DNA from: a virus
Virus record (IMG/VR): IMGVR_UViG_3300047325_000072
Span: 31,559-95,558 of that record
Direction: 5' to 3' (one strand)
Length of the DNA: 64,000 nucleotides
Part shown: piece after piece, positions 55,951-64,000 of the stretch
How the letters are laid out: each line of letters starts with the position of its first letter
Position numbering within the stretch: position 1 is the first letter of the stretch
Position numbers and translations under genes: made by a program
Notes under the pieces: model-generated
Database searches by the model: none
What the model was told of the DNA's origin: nothing
What the model saw: the letters and a program-made list of their open reading frames with translations, nothing else

Positions 55951-57021
55951 AAAAATTGGGGAATCGAGGAAATTGAGGCGATCGAGCGCGTCATATCCTC
56001 GGATCGGTTCACGCAAGGCCCCGAGGTTGAGGCTTTTGAGGCCGAATTCGCCGCCTATCACGGCCGTTCTTATGCAATCATGACCAACAGCGGCTCGTCA
56101 GCCAATCTGGTCGCCACGGATGCGATCGTGATTCGAAGGGGCCTACAATGCTCTCTTTTTGATGTTTTAGTACCCGCCATAGCTTGGTCAACCACTTATG
56201 GGCCGATCATTCAAAGAGGCTTCTATCCAATTCTTAACGATGTTGATGCAACCTGGAATGCAGATCCTGGCTTGCATCCATCATCACTTGTTGTCGGTTG
56301 CTCCATACTAGGCTGCCCCGCGCGTCTCGATCATCCCTTTTTGGAGGACAACTGCGAGGCGTTAGGCGCCCGCACCGAAACCGGGCAGCTAACCGGCACC
56401 TTCGGAGACCTTTCAACCTTTTCTTTTTTCCATAGCCACCAAATTTCGGCCATTGAGGGCGGTTGTATCCTGACCGACGATCTGGAGCTAGCGCGGCTTT
56501 GCCGAGTGCTTGCCAATCACGGCAATGAGGGTTTCGCTTTCCCTACCAAGGATTTTGACCATAGTTATCGGTTCACTCAGTTTGGTTTCAATGTCCGGGG
56601 CCTGGAGATGCACGCAGCCATCGCCAGGGAGCAGCTTAAAAAGCTAGATCACCACAACGTCGCGCGCCGTTCCAACCTTGCGCATTTTACCGCGGCCACG
56701 GAGGGCCTTCCTATCACTTTGCAAGCCCAGCGGGGCACGCCGGCCCCCTTTGGCCTGGCGTTTACCGTTGACGGCGGCAACGCCGCACGTGCGCGGCTTG
56801 TAGCTGCGCTGCAAGCGACAGGTATCGATGCGAGATTGCCAACCGGGGGCAGCTTTTTGCGTCATCCTTACGGCGCGCCGTGGCGGGATCAAAAGACCCC
56901 GAATGCGGACCGCATTCACGACACGGGCCTTTTCCTGGGCAACGCGCCCTTTCCCATCCCCCACTTGATCGAAAAAGCTGTGGGGGTCATGCGTCATTCG
57001 TTGGAAGTCACATCGCCATGA
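55909..57021 (+). CDS. PLP-dependent DegT-family enzyme of ColD/DdhC (3-dehydratase) type
   Basis: FTQGPEVEAFE, NSGSSANL, VPAIAWSTT, LEDNCEALGA, FSFFHSHQISAIEGG with His in place of the Schiff-base Lys. Confidence 0.85.
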   Translation: MRRGRVVHQYPTAFKNWGIEEIEAIERVISSDRFTQGPEVEAFEAEFAAYHGRSYAIMTNSGSSANLVATDAIVIRRGLQCSLFDVLVPAIAWSTTYGPIIQRGFYPILNDVDATWNADPGLHPSSLVVGCSILGCPARLDHPFLEDNCEALGARTETGQLTGTFGDLSTFSFFHSHQISAIEGGCILTDDLELARLCRVLANHGNEGFAFPTKDFDHSYRFTQFGFNVRGLEMHAAIAREQLKKLDHHNVARRSNLAHFTAATEGLPITLQAQRGTPAPFGLAFTVDGGNAARARLVAALQATGIDARLPTGGSFLRHPYGAPWRDQKTPNADRIHDTGLFLGNAPFPIPHLIEKAVGVMRHSLEVTSP

Positions 57022-57926
57022 GAGTCTTGGTAACTGGAAGCTCCGGTTATATTGGTTCTATTCTCGTCCCTCTATTGTTAGAGAAGGGCCACAAGGTCAT
57101 CGGATTTGATTCCTTGCGCCACGCGCTTCCCGCAATATCCCATAACCCGAGTTTTACTTTTGTGCACGGAGACGTGCGTAATCCCTTTGGTCACATACTC
57201 CCTAAAGCCGATGCTGTGATTCATCTAGCGGCCCTGGTTGGTGCGCCCATTTGTGACAGATTTCCCGACGAAGCAACGGCCGTTAACGATTTAGCGGTGC
57301 GGGAATTGGTTTCCCGGTTGTCACCTTCCCAAATGTTGATCTATCCGAACTCTCAATCGGGTTACGGAAAGACTCCCGGTATACCGATAGACGAGTCTGC
57401 GTCGATGCAACCGCTATCCCTATATGCTTTCTCCAAATGCAACGGCGAGCGCCACGCGCTTGCGCATCCCCGATCTAAGGTGATGCGGCTTGCGACTCTT
57501 TACGGCGTTTCCCCGCGCATGCGTACCGACCTGTTGGTCAATGATTTTGTCTTGCGTGCTTACCGCGATCGAAAGCTAACGCTTTACGAAGGACATCACT
57601 GCCGGGCTATTTGCCACGTTCGCGATGCAGCCTACGCACTCTCTATGTGTTTGACCGAGGAAATACCCTTTCAATCGGTTCATAACGTGGTGAGCGATAA
57701 TGTAAGCAAGCGTTCTCTGGCTGAATGTATTCAGACATTTTACCCTGAATTTATCTTTGATGAAGATGAATTCAAAAAAGACCCGGATCAGCGCGACTAT
57801 GCCGTTTCGGCCGATGCTTTGAAGGGCCGCGGTTGGAAACCTCAGCATAGCCTCACAAACGGGATCCCGGAACTGCTAAAGTTCTACTCGACGGTTCCGA
57901 TAACCTATGTTTCGGGAAACATATGA
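57018..57926 (+). CDS. NAD-dependent epimerase/dehydratase/reductase (extended SDR)
   Basis: VLVTGSSGYIG, HLAALVG, YAFSK, RLATLYG.SPRMR.DLLVN. Confidence 0.92.
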   Translation: MRVLVTGSSGYIGSILVPLLLEKGHKVIGFDSLRHALPAISHNPSFTFVHGDVRNPFGHILPKADAVIHLAALVGAPICDRFPDEATAVNDLAVRELVSRLSPSQMLIYPNSQSGYGKTPGIPIDESASMQPLSLYAFSKCNGERHALAHPRSKVMRLATLYGVSPRMRTDLLVNDFVLRAYRDRKLTLYEGHHCRAICHVRDAAYALSMCLTEEIPFQSVHNVVSDNVSKRSLAECIQTFYPEFIFDEDEFKKDPDQRDYAVSADALKGRGWKPQHSLTNGIPELLKFYSTVPITYVSGNI

Positions 57927-59383
57927 GCACGGACGTGGCTTTCATACATCCGGGCGGCGTCCACGGGATCTTTTCCACCGAGTTGGTTGAGTCCTCCCTT
58001 GTCGCACGTGAGCAGCCGCTTTGGTGTCGGATTTGCGCGTCCTACCTTTTGGACCGCGGATACACCTGCGCGATTGTAGATCAGGAGGTTTCGATAGACG
58101 ACGTATCTGTTTTGATAGAGAAGCTAGACCCTAAGATTGTCGTCATCGTCGCTGCGGGGCATCAACCCTCAGCCTCAACTCAATCTATGGTGGCGGCAAC
58201 AAAAATTGCTGATAGCCTTCAGGGTCATACCACCAAACTGGTAATTATGGGAAACCACCCCTCCGCGCTTCCCGAACGAACATTGAGGAGTGTTGCGGTA
58301 GATTATGTTATCGACGGCGAAGGTCCAGCTACCATACTTGGTTTGTTGAAGGGTGACAAGTTAGAGAATATTCCTGGACTTGTCTGGTTTGACGAATTCG
58401 GCGACGTTATTCGCAACCCTGCCGCTTCGCTCCTTGATCTTGATCACGACCTGCACGGTTCGTCGGCCTGGCACCTGCTTCCCCCGCCAAGCCGCTATAT
58501 GGCCCATCAGTGGCAGTGCCTGGACGATCTCTCGCGCCGCACGCCTTATGCCGCAATTCATACATCTTTGGGTTGTTCTTTCAAATGCCATTTTTGTATG
58601 ATAAATGTATTTCAACATACGAACCGTTATCGTATGCGCTCTCCGGCTGCGGTTGTCGAGGAGATGGAAACGCTTTATCGAGATCATGGAGTTAAAACTT
58701 TCAAGATCATCGATGAACTTTTTGTTTTGAACAAACGACATTTTCGTGCTGTCTGCGCCGGCCTTGCTGCCTCTATAGGGCCGGATATCAATGTTTGGGC
58801 TTACAGTCGCACGGACACCGTAACCGAGGAGGATCTCCCGATTCTCCGCGCGGCCGGTATCAAATGGCTCGCTTTGGGTATTGAGTCGTCAGATGCGGGG
58901 GTACAAGCCGCCGCGGCCAAAACCCAGAAAGTAGATATCCGTGCGGTCGTTCGTCAAATCCAGGCTGCTGATATATCTGTCATTGGCAACTATATCTTTG
59001 GCCTTCCGGAGGATACCGGGGAGACGATGCAAGCCACCTTGGACCTTGCGCTGTCTTTGGGTACCGAATGGGCGAACTTTTACGTGGCGCTCCCCTATCC
59101 GGGATCCCCTCTTTTCGATGAGGTTCAAGCTACCCGGCCGCAGGATCTTCCCCCCGCTTGGGAAGCATACAGTCAGCACAATCCCCATACTTATCCGCTT
59201 TCTAATGCCAATCTCTCCGCAGCAGAAATCCTGGCTTTTAGAGATCAGGCTTTTCTCACTTTTTTTACCGATCCGTCTTTCCTGGCCCGTACCGCGGCTA
59301 AATTTGGATGCCCCGCCGTCGATCATGTTCGAGACATGACGCGCTATCGCTTGCGTCGTAATCTGCTGGAGACACCGGAATGA
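57923..59383 (+). CDS. B12-binding-domain radical SAM enzyme (class B methyltransferase-like)
   Basis: GNHPSALPE, VDYVIDGEG, TSLGCSFKCHFC (CxxxCxxC), LGIES, YIFGLPED, PYPGSPLF. Confidence 0.92.
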   Translation: MSTDVAFIHPGGVHGIFSTELVESSLVAREQPLWCRICASYLLDRGYTCAIVDQEVSIDDVSVLIEKLDPKIVVIVAAGHQPSASTQSMVAATKIADSLQGHTTKLVIMGNHPSALPERTLRSVAVDYVIDGEGPATILGLLKGDKLENIPGLVWFDEFGDVIRNPAASLLDLDHDLHGSSAWHLLPPPSRYMAHQWQCLDDLSRRTPYAAIHTSLGCSFKCHFCMINVFQHTNRYRMRSPAAVVEEMETLYRDHGVKTFKIIDELFVLNKRHFRAVCAGLAASIGPDINVWAYSRTDTVTEEDLPILRAAGIKWLALGIESSDAGVQAAAAKTQKVDIRAVVRQIQAADISVIGNYIFGLPEDTGETMQATLDLALSLGTEWANFYVALPYPGSPLFDEVQATRPQDLPPAWEAYSQHNPHTYPLSNANLSAAEILAFRDQAFLTFFTDPSFLARTAAKFGCPAVDHVRDMTRYRLRRNLLETPE

Positions 59384-59664
59384 AAAACACGCGCTGTGCA
59401 ACCTGTGGCGCGGAACAATGTTCCGGCGGCTGCACCCCGCGCCGATGCGTTTGCGGAAACGCAATCATACGCAAGGTTTATCCCGGCGGCGGTAGGGAGG
59501 CATGGAGTCTTTTCTTAAATCGTAAGACCTGTGGTCGCCCCGATTGTATCCACGCCTCTCGCGTGCGTATTAAACCAATCCCCGACGTACAGCCTATTTG
59601 GCCCCCGAACTGTTTCGCGCCGTACAACCTGACATTTCGGCGCCTATGCTCCCTTCAACCATAA
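59380..59664 (+). CDS. Cys-rich small protein
   Basis: CATCG, CVCG, TCGRPDC; ATGA overlap. Confidence 0.55.
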   Translation: MKNTRCATCGAEQCSGGCTPRRCVCGNAIIRKVYPGGGREAWSLFLNRKTCGRPDCIHASRVRIKPIPDVQPIWPPNCFAPYNLTFRRLCSLQP

Positions 59665-60242
59665 TCCTGGCAGGCGGCAAGGGCGCGCGCGCGCGCGCTT
59701 ACCTGGGCGATACGCCAAAATTCTTGGCTCCGATTGGCCGTAGCACGGTCGCCGGTTATTTGCTTCCATGGTTGCGTTCATTTAATCCGCAATCCGTTTC
59801 CCTGTTGCTTACGGCGGGTTGCGGAGACGAGGCGATCATGTCGCACCTTAGTCATAACTTTGTCGATGCGACCTATGTAGATTGGGGGGCAGACGGCACG
59901 CTTACGAGCTTAAGGCGCACTATGCGGTTTTTGCGCTACTCCGCCGATGGCGTTCTGCTTCTGAACGGTGACACATTGCTCGATGCCGATCTTGTCGCCG
60001 CTTATGCGCAGCACCGTCGTCAAGGCGCGCTTGTCACGGAGGTAATCGACCCGCTCACGGGCGTGTCGTCAGGCTGCCGATTCTTTTCGGAAGCGACTTT
60101 TCGTCTCGCGCTTCGCTCCTCTCAATCCCAAGTGGAGGACGCTATCCCGCTTCTTTGTTCGCCGATGATCTACCCCGCGCGCACTTTTGTCGATATCGGC
60201 ACGCGGGAGGGTTGGGAAGAGGCTCAGAAGTGGACTATGTGA
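59646..60242 (+). CDS. Sugar-phosphate nucleotidyltransferase (HddC-like)
   Basis: IILAGGKGAR..TPKFLAPI, LLNGDT, FVDIGT. Confidence 0.85.
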   Translation: MLPSTIILAGGKGARARAYLGDTPKFLAPIGRSTVAGYLLPWLRSFNPQSVSLLLTAGCGDEAIMSHLSHNFVDATYVDWGADGTLTSLRRTMRFLRYSADGVLLLNGDTLLDADLVAAYAQHRRQGALVTEVIDPLTGVSSGCRFFSEATFRLALRSSQSQVEDAIPLLCSPMIYPARTFVDIGTREGWEEAQKWTM

Positions 60243-60928
60243 TCTCGCCTCCCTTCGGGGCTTATTTCCGCCATCCGCGAGCGATATCGATTCACGGCTC
60301 CTACACAGTAAGACCGCGTCCGGGACGCCTTAGACAAGTCTTGCGGACGTTTCGTCCCGCGCCGGGCGGATGGATCAATGCTATCGGGCTGCGCAATAGC
60401 GGGCTGGAATCTGCTCCTAAAAATACTAGCGTGTCGCTTGCTCCGATTGAGCCTCAAGATTGGGAGATTTTTGATCTTTGGTTAGGTAAATTTCGGGATA
60501 TAGAATTTAACCTCGGATGCCCCAATATTGACGGCGATGCACCGCTGCCGCCGGAGTATTTGGTTGCTCGCACCGATGTAACCTGGAAGGTGCCGCCGGG
60601 TGCCAATGATCTAGTCGATTGGCTAGCCGCGCGCGGCGCGCGGTCTTTGCATCTTTCCAACGCATTACCCTCCCCGCGGGGCGGTATATCGGGGGCGCAG
60701 CTTAGGGCCGTCAACCTACCCTTCGTGGCCTCTGTGGCGCGTCGTCTATCAGGCATAGAGATAACGGCAGGCGGCGGGGTTTACGCGCCCGAGCACGCTC
60801 AGGCTTATCGCGATTTAGGCGCGACGCGTGTTTCGCTCGCGACAGCTTTCATGTGGCCGCCGCGGGCGTTCAGAATCCTTACAAAAACCGATTCCAGTCA
60901 CGAGAGAGTTACCGCTTGTCGCGGGTGA
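60230..60928 (+). CDS. Dihydroorotate dehydrogenase-like FMN TIM-barrel protein
   Basis: ISPPFG, WINAIGLRNSG, EFNLGCPN, HLSNALP..GGISG..L, AGGGV. Confidence 0.8.
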   Translation: MDYVISPPFGAYFRHPRAISIHGSYTVRPRPGRLRQVLRTFRPAPGGWINAIGLRNSGLESAPKNTSVSLAPIEPQDWEIFDLWLGKFRDIEFNLGCPNIDGDAPLPPEYLVARTDVTWKVPPGANDLVDWLAARGARSLHLSNALPSPRGGISGAQLRAVNLPFVASVARRLSGIEITAGGGVYAPEHAQAYRDLGATRVSLATAFMWPPRAFRILTKTDSSHERVTACRG

Positions 60929-60932
60929 CGAA

Positions 60933-61123
60933 TTGCCCAAACATCAACAGGATGTTCTCGATTTCCTTCGTAAGCGCAGCAGAGCTTGCACTGCGAGGAA
61001 CCGGCTCAATCTAGCTCAGCCCTGGCTCGCAGCGTGCTTAATGAATTGATCAAAAAGGGAATGGTCGTGCGACGACGCAGAGCTAAAGATCTATTTGAAT
61101 ATGAGGCGGTAAAGAATGGCTGA
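60933..61123 (+). pseudogene. Possible frameshifted winged-HTH gene
   Basis: LPKHQQDVLDFLRKRSRACTA in one frame continues as ARSVLNELIKKGMVVRRRRAKDLFEYEAV in another. Confidence 0.3.
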
Positions 61124-61150
61124 GCGATTGGCCAACCGCGTCAACGATCT

Positions 61151-62119
61151 ATGATCATCACGCGCACGCCGCATCGTCTGTCTTTGGTGGGTGGTGGGAC
61201 GGATCATCCCGCGTGGTACAATGAGCACCCCGGCGCGTGTATTGGCTTTGCTGTCAAGCTGTATTGCTACGTGGCGTTGCGCGCATTGCCGCCATACTTT
61301 CCGGGCTATCGGCACAGATTTAGCTGGTCCCGGATCGAGTTGCTTGACGACCATGCGGCTTCAACCCATCCCGCAATGCGGGCAGTGTTTGCAGACAAAT
61401 GCGTAGAGGAAGGGCTAGAGGTCCATCATTTTGCCGATGTGCCGGCCCGCGCCGGCTTGGGATCGTCGTCAGCTTTCGTTGTAGGACTTTTGAACGCACT
61501 TGGCGTTTATCGCTCGGGCACGGCTGACGAACGCGCGTATCTTGCTCGCGAGGCGATCCGCCTTGAGCGCGATGTTATGCGGGAAACGGTCGGCGATCAG
61601 GATCAGTATTTATGCGCGTTGGGAGGCGTTAATCGCCTTGATTTTGCAGTTGGAGAGCCTGCGCGGATCACGCCGCTTGCTATAAGCGCGCACATTCTTG
61701 ATCACTTGACACTTTTCTATACGGGCCTCCAACGCAACGCGAGTGAAATCGAAGCCAGGAAGGTTGCCCGGAAAAAGGATCTGACTTATTTATATAATCT
61801 AGTGGATGAAACCGAGGGCATCCTGGTTTCTGGCGATCCTTGCCGGCTGGGCGAGATTTTCAATTTCGCCTGGGAGGTTAAGCGTAGCCTCGATCCTGCT
61901 GTAACCAACGATCATATCGACAGCATCTATAAGTGCGGCATCGCAGCCGGTGCCACGGGCGGTCGCCTTGTAGGCGCGGGGGGAGGCGGATTTTTTCTCT
62001 TTTGTCGAAGCCCCGACAAAGCGGCTGCTTTAAGCGCTGCTTTGAGCGGGCTTATCGAGGTCCGCCCTGAGATCGATCACGAGGGAACTAAAGTTTTGCC
62101 GGTCAATGGGGAAACGTGA
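61151..62119 (+). CDS. GHMP sugar kinase, D-glycero-D-manno-heptose-7-phosphate kinase (HddA)-like
   Basis: MIITRTPHRLSLVGGGTD.P, DVPARAGLGSSSAF, GDQDQY..ALGG.N, GGRLVGAGGGGF. Confidence 0.88.
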   Translation: MIITRTPHRLSLVGGGTDHPAWYNEHPGACIGFAVKLYCYVALRALPPYFPGYRHRFSWSRIELLDDHAASTHPAMRAVFADKCVEEGLEVHHFADVPARAGLGSSSAFVVGLLNALGVYRSGTADERAYLAREAIRLERDVMRETVGDQDQYLCALGGVNRLDFAVGEPARITPLAISAHILDHLTLFYTGLQRNASEIEARKVARKKDLTYLYNLVDETEGILVSGDPCRLGEIFNFAWEVKRSLDPAVTNDHIDSIYKCGIAAGATGGRLVGAGGGGFFLFCRSPDKAAALSAALSGLIEVRPEIDHEGTKVLPVNGET

Positions 62120-62140
62120 GCCACTCTCGCGTGGGGGTAC

Positions 62141-62170
62141 TTTACTTTTACCCCTATTAAGGTTTATAGA
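62141..62170 (+). promoter_or_regulatory. Sigma70-like phage promoter
   Basis: TTTACT-18 bp-TATAGA. Confidence 0.5.
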
Positions 62171-62197
62171 TATCCTCGTTTTACTGAAACGAGGGCC

Positions 62198-63274
62198 ATG
62201 ATAACCCCCACCAACGAGCAAAGCTCCGTAATTCGCGGGATCTTGGAGTGGTACCGCAGCGGTGCCGCGCCTTTCATCTATATCGCCGGCTATGCGGGGG
62301 TCGGTAAGACAACTACAGTTCGTTTCATCCTGGATGAGCTTAAAGTCCGGGCTTTGGCCGCGACCTATACCGGGAAAGCGTCGGCCGTGTTGCGCTCTAA
62401 AGGAATCAAATCTCAAACAATCCATTCTTTGATATATGCTCCGCTGCCCGGATCCTCCCCGGTAGAGTTTGCTCTTAATCCGGAAAGCGATTTGCGCGAT
62501 GCGGATTTACTCGTATTAGACGAGGTTAGTATGGTTGACAGGCAAACCGCTGAGGATCTGCTTTCTTTTGGTAAAAAGATTATTGTCCTTGGCGACCCCG
62601 GTCAATTGCCGCCGATCCGGGGCGCGGGTTATTTCACATCGGTAAGCCCGGATTTCTTTCTAAGTGAAATCCATCGTCAAGCTAAGGAATCTCCGATTCT
62701 ACGCGCAGCTACCGCGGCCCGCGAAGGGCGCCGGCTGCCGCTTTATCGGTCCGAGGCCTTGAGTATCGTCGAGTTTAGGGGCTTTGACGAAATCGATCCC
62801 GACGCCCAGGCACTTTGCGGAGTGCATAGGGTACGGTGGGCCTTAACGCGCCACCTGCGCGGGGCTGATGCGCCCGACCTGCCGGGGGCAGAGCGCGTTA
62901 TCTGCCGCCGCAATCAACGATCCCGCGCGCTCTATAACGGTTTGATGGGCAATGCGGTTGGCTGTGAGATCATCCGCGATCGGGTATATTTAACGGTGCA
63001 CATGGATGACGAGGAGTTTACTCGATGCCTCGTCGTGGATCGCACGCCTTTCGACGAGCACCGTCAGCAAAGGGTGCTCGACAGCCCTCGCTATTCGCGG
63101 GATGTGGACCTTTTTGATTTCGGCCGAGTTTTAACCGTTCACTCCGCCCAGGGGTCCGAATGGCCGGCTGTTTCTCTGATCGACGATAGCGGCATGTTCC
63201 GTAAGGATGCCAATCGCTGGCTCTATACGGGCATCACCCGCGCTGCGGAGAAACTGACGATTTATCGCCGTTAG
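62198..63274 (+). CDS. RecD/Dda-like SF1B DNA helicase
   Basis: GYAGVGKTT, LDEVSMV, GDPGQLPP, LSEIHRQ, TVHSAQGSEW, WLYTGITRA. Confidence 0.93.
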   Translation: MITPTNEQSSVIRGILEWYRSGAAPFIYIAGYAGVGKTTTVRFILDELKVRALAATYTGKASAVLRSKGIKSQTIHSLIYAPLPGSSPVEFALNPESDLRDADLLVLDEVSMVDRQTAEDLLSFGKKIIVLGDPGQLPPIRGAGYFTSVSPDFFLSEIHRQAKESPILRAATAAREGRRLPLYRSEALSIVEFRGFDEIDPDAQALCGVHRVRWALTRHLRGADAPDLPGAERVICRRNQRSRALYNGLMGNAVGCEIIRDRVYLTVHMDDEEFTRCLVVDRTPFDEHRQQRVLDSPRYSRDVDLFDFGRVLTVHSAQGSEWPAVSLIDDSGMFRKDANRWLYTGITRAAEKLTIYRR

Positions 63275-63277
63275 GGC

Positions 63278-63306
63278 TTTACTTTATCCCCGGTAGCCTT
63301 TATACA
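63278..63306 (+). promoter_or_regulatory. Sigma70-like phage promoter
   Basis: TTTACT-17 bp-TATACA. Confidence 0.65.
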
Positions 63307-63334
63307 AGGCCCTACCGAAACGAGGAGACGCCCT

Positions 63335-64000
63335 ATGAGACAGAAACGCATCACGGAAACGGTCACGAGCATAAAGGGCTTCGACAAAGATCTTCGCTGT
63401 CGCGGTTTTCAATTTGAACTTGGCAAGACATATGAGCACAGTGGTCCGGTGATAGCCTGCGAAAGCGGATTTCACGCGATAGAGGGAAATCCGCTATATG
63501 TGCTTAACTACTACGCGGCCGGCAGCCGTTATGCGGAAGTCATTCAATCGGGGCAACTGATGCGGCATGAGGCCGACAGCAAGGTCGCGTCCTCGAAGAT
63601 AACCATTGGTGATGAAATCCCTCTGCATGAGTTGATTGGGCGTGCGGTCAAATGGGTATTTGATCGCGCGATACCTGAAGGCTTAGGGTCTCAAGCAACC
63701 GGCGAAAGCGGCGCGGCATCCGCAACCGGCGACAGCGGCGCGGCATCCGCAACCGGCGACAGCGGCGCGGCATCCGCAACCGGCATCAGCGGCGCGGCAT
63801 CCGCAACCGGCGAAAGCGGCGCGGCATCCGCAACCGGCGACAGCGGCGCGGCATCCGCAACCGGCGAAAGCGGCGCGGCATCCGCAACCGGCATCAGAGG
63901 CGCGGCATCCGCCACCGGCTACGGCGGCGCGGCATCCGCAACCGGCATCAGAGGCGCGGCATCCGCAACCGGCGTCAGCGGCGCGGCATCCGCAACCGGC
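63335..64000 (+). CDS. DUF7666-like phage protein with 9-aa tandem repeats (runs off the window end)
   Basis: RBS GAGGAG; [30 protein letters not shown], followed by ATGxxGAAS repeats. Confidence 0.85.
   Translation, partial: MRQKRITETVTSIKGFDKDLRCRGFQFELGKTYEHSGPVIACESGFHAIEGNPLYVLNYYAAGSRYAEVIQSGQLMRHEADSKVASSKITIGDEIPLHELIGRAVKWVFDRAIPEGLGSQATGESGAASATGDSGAASATGDSGAASATGISGAASATGESGAASATGDSGAASATGESGAASATGIRGAASATGYGGAASATGIRGAASATGVSGAASATG
63695..64000 (+). repeat. 27-bp coding tandem repeat (about 11 copies, truncated)
   Basis: GCAACCGGC-NNN-NGN-GGCGCGGCATCC units without spacers. Confidence 0.97.

Noticed and set aside
63691-63915. Minus-strand 74-aa repeat ORF from the track
   Set aside because: Antisense shadow of the plus-strand DUF7666-like repeat gene, which has promoter and RBS
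63695-64000. Possible CRISPR array
   Set aside because: Head-to-tail 27-bp units without unique spacers, in frame within a coding gene; no cas genes
1-64000. tRNA or rRNA genes
   Set aside because: No cloverleaf or rRNA-like sequence recognised by eye; tRNAscan-SE not run

Overview
The whole window reads as one tailed-phage genome segment: a myovirus with Bcep781/PB1-like architecture and a probable Alphaproteobacterial host. No host genes or integrase are visible. From 44.8 kb down to 3.1 kb on the minus strand runs a continuous late operon: terminases, portal, MuF, prohead protease, scaffold, major capsid, neck, contractile tail, baseplate, fibres and lysis genes. From about 50 kb to 64 kb on the plus strand lie a putative origin, a RepB-primase/VapE-helicase, a RecD-like helicase and a large nucleotide-sugar biosynthesis/tailoring operon interrupted by a tnpB. 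The main finding is a split glycosylation system. The plus-strand arm encodes an HddA-like kinase, a nucleotidyltransferase, a ColD-type PLP dehydratase, an SDR epimerase/reductase, a TPP-dependent E1 alpha/beta pair and a B12 radical-SAM enzyme. Three or four glycosyltransferases (one GT9 heptosyltransferase-like), a methyltransferase and a 2OG-Fe(II) oxygenase are interleaved among head and neck genes. A Ser/Thr/Gly-rich module is also inserted into five structural or fibre proteins. Together this suggests the phage decorates its own virion with a self-made modified sugar. Other notable items: a HiPIP-like [4Fe-4S] domain on the portal C-terminus; cargo domains delimited by A-x-D motifs on head proteins; two fibre-like proteins with Sec signal peptides; a tnpB under a phage promoter whose right end supplies the start codon of the next gene; a Tad1-like protein; a direct-repeat-flanked lysozyme cassette in the tape measure; a -1 frameshift in the tail chaperone; and a CTG start. 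Family names come from motif recognition from memory, not from database searches.
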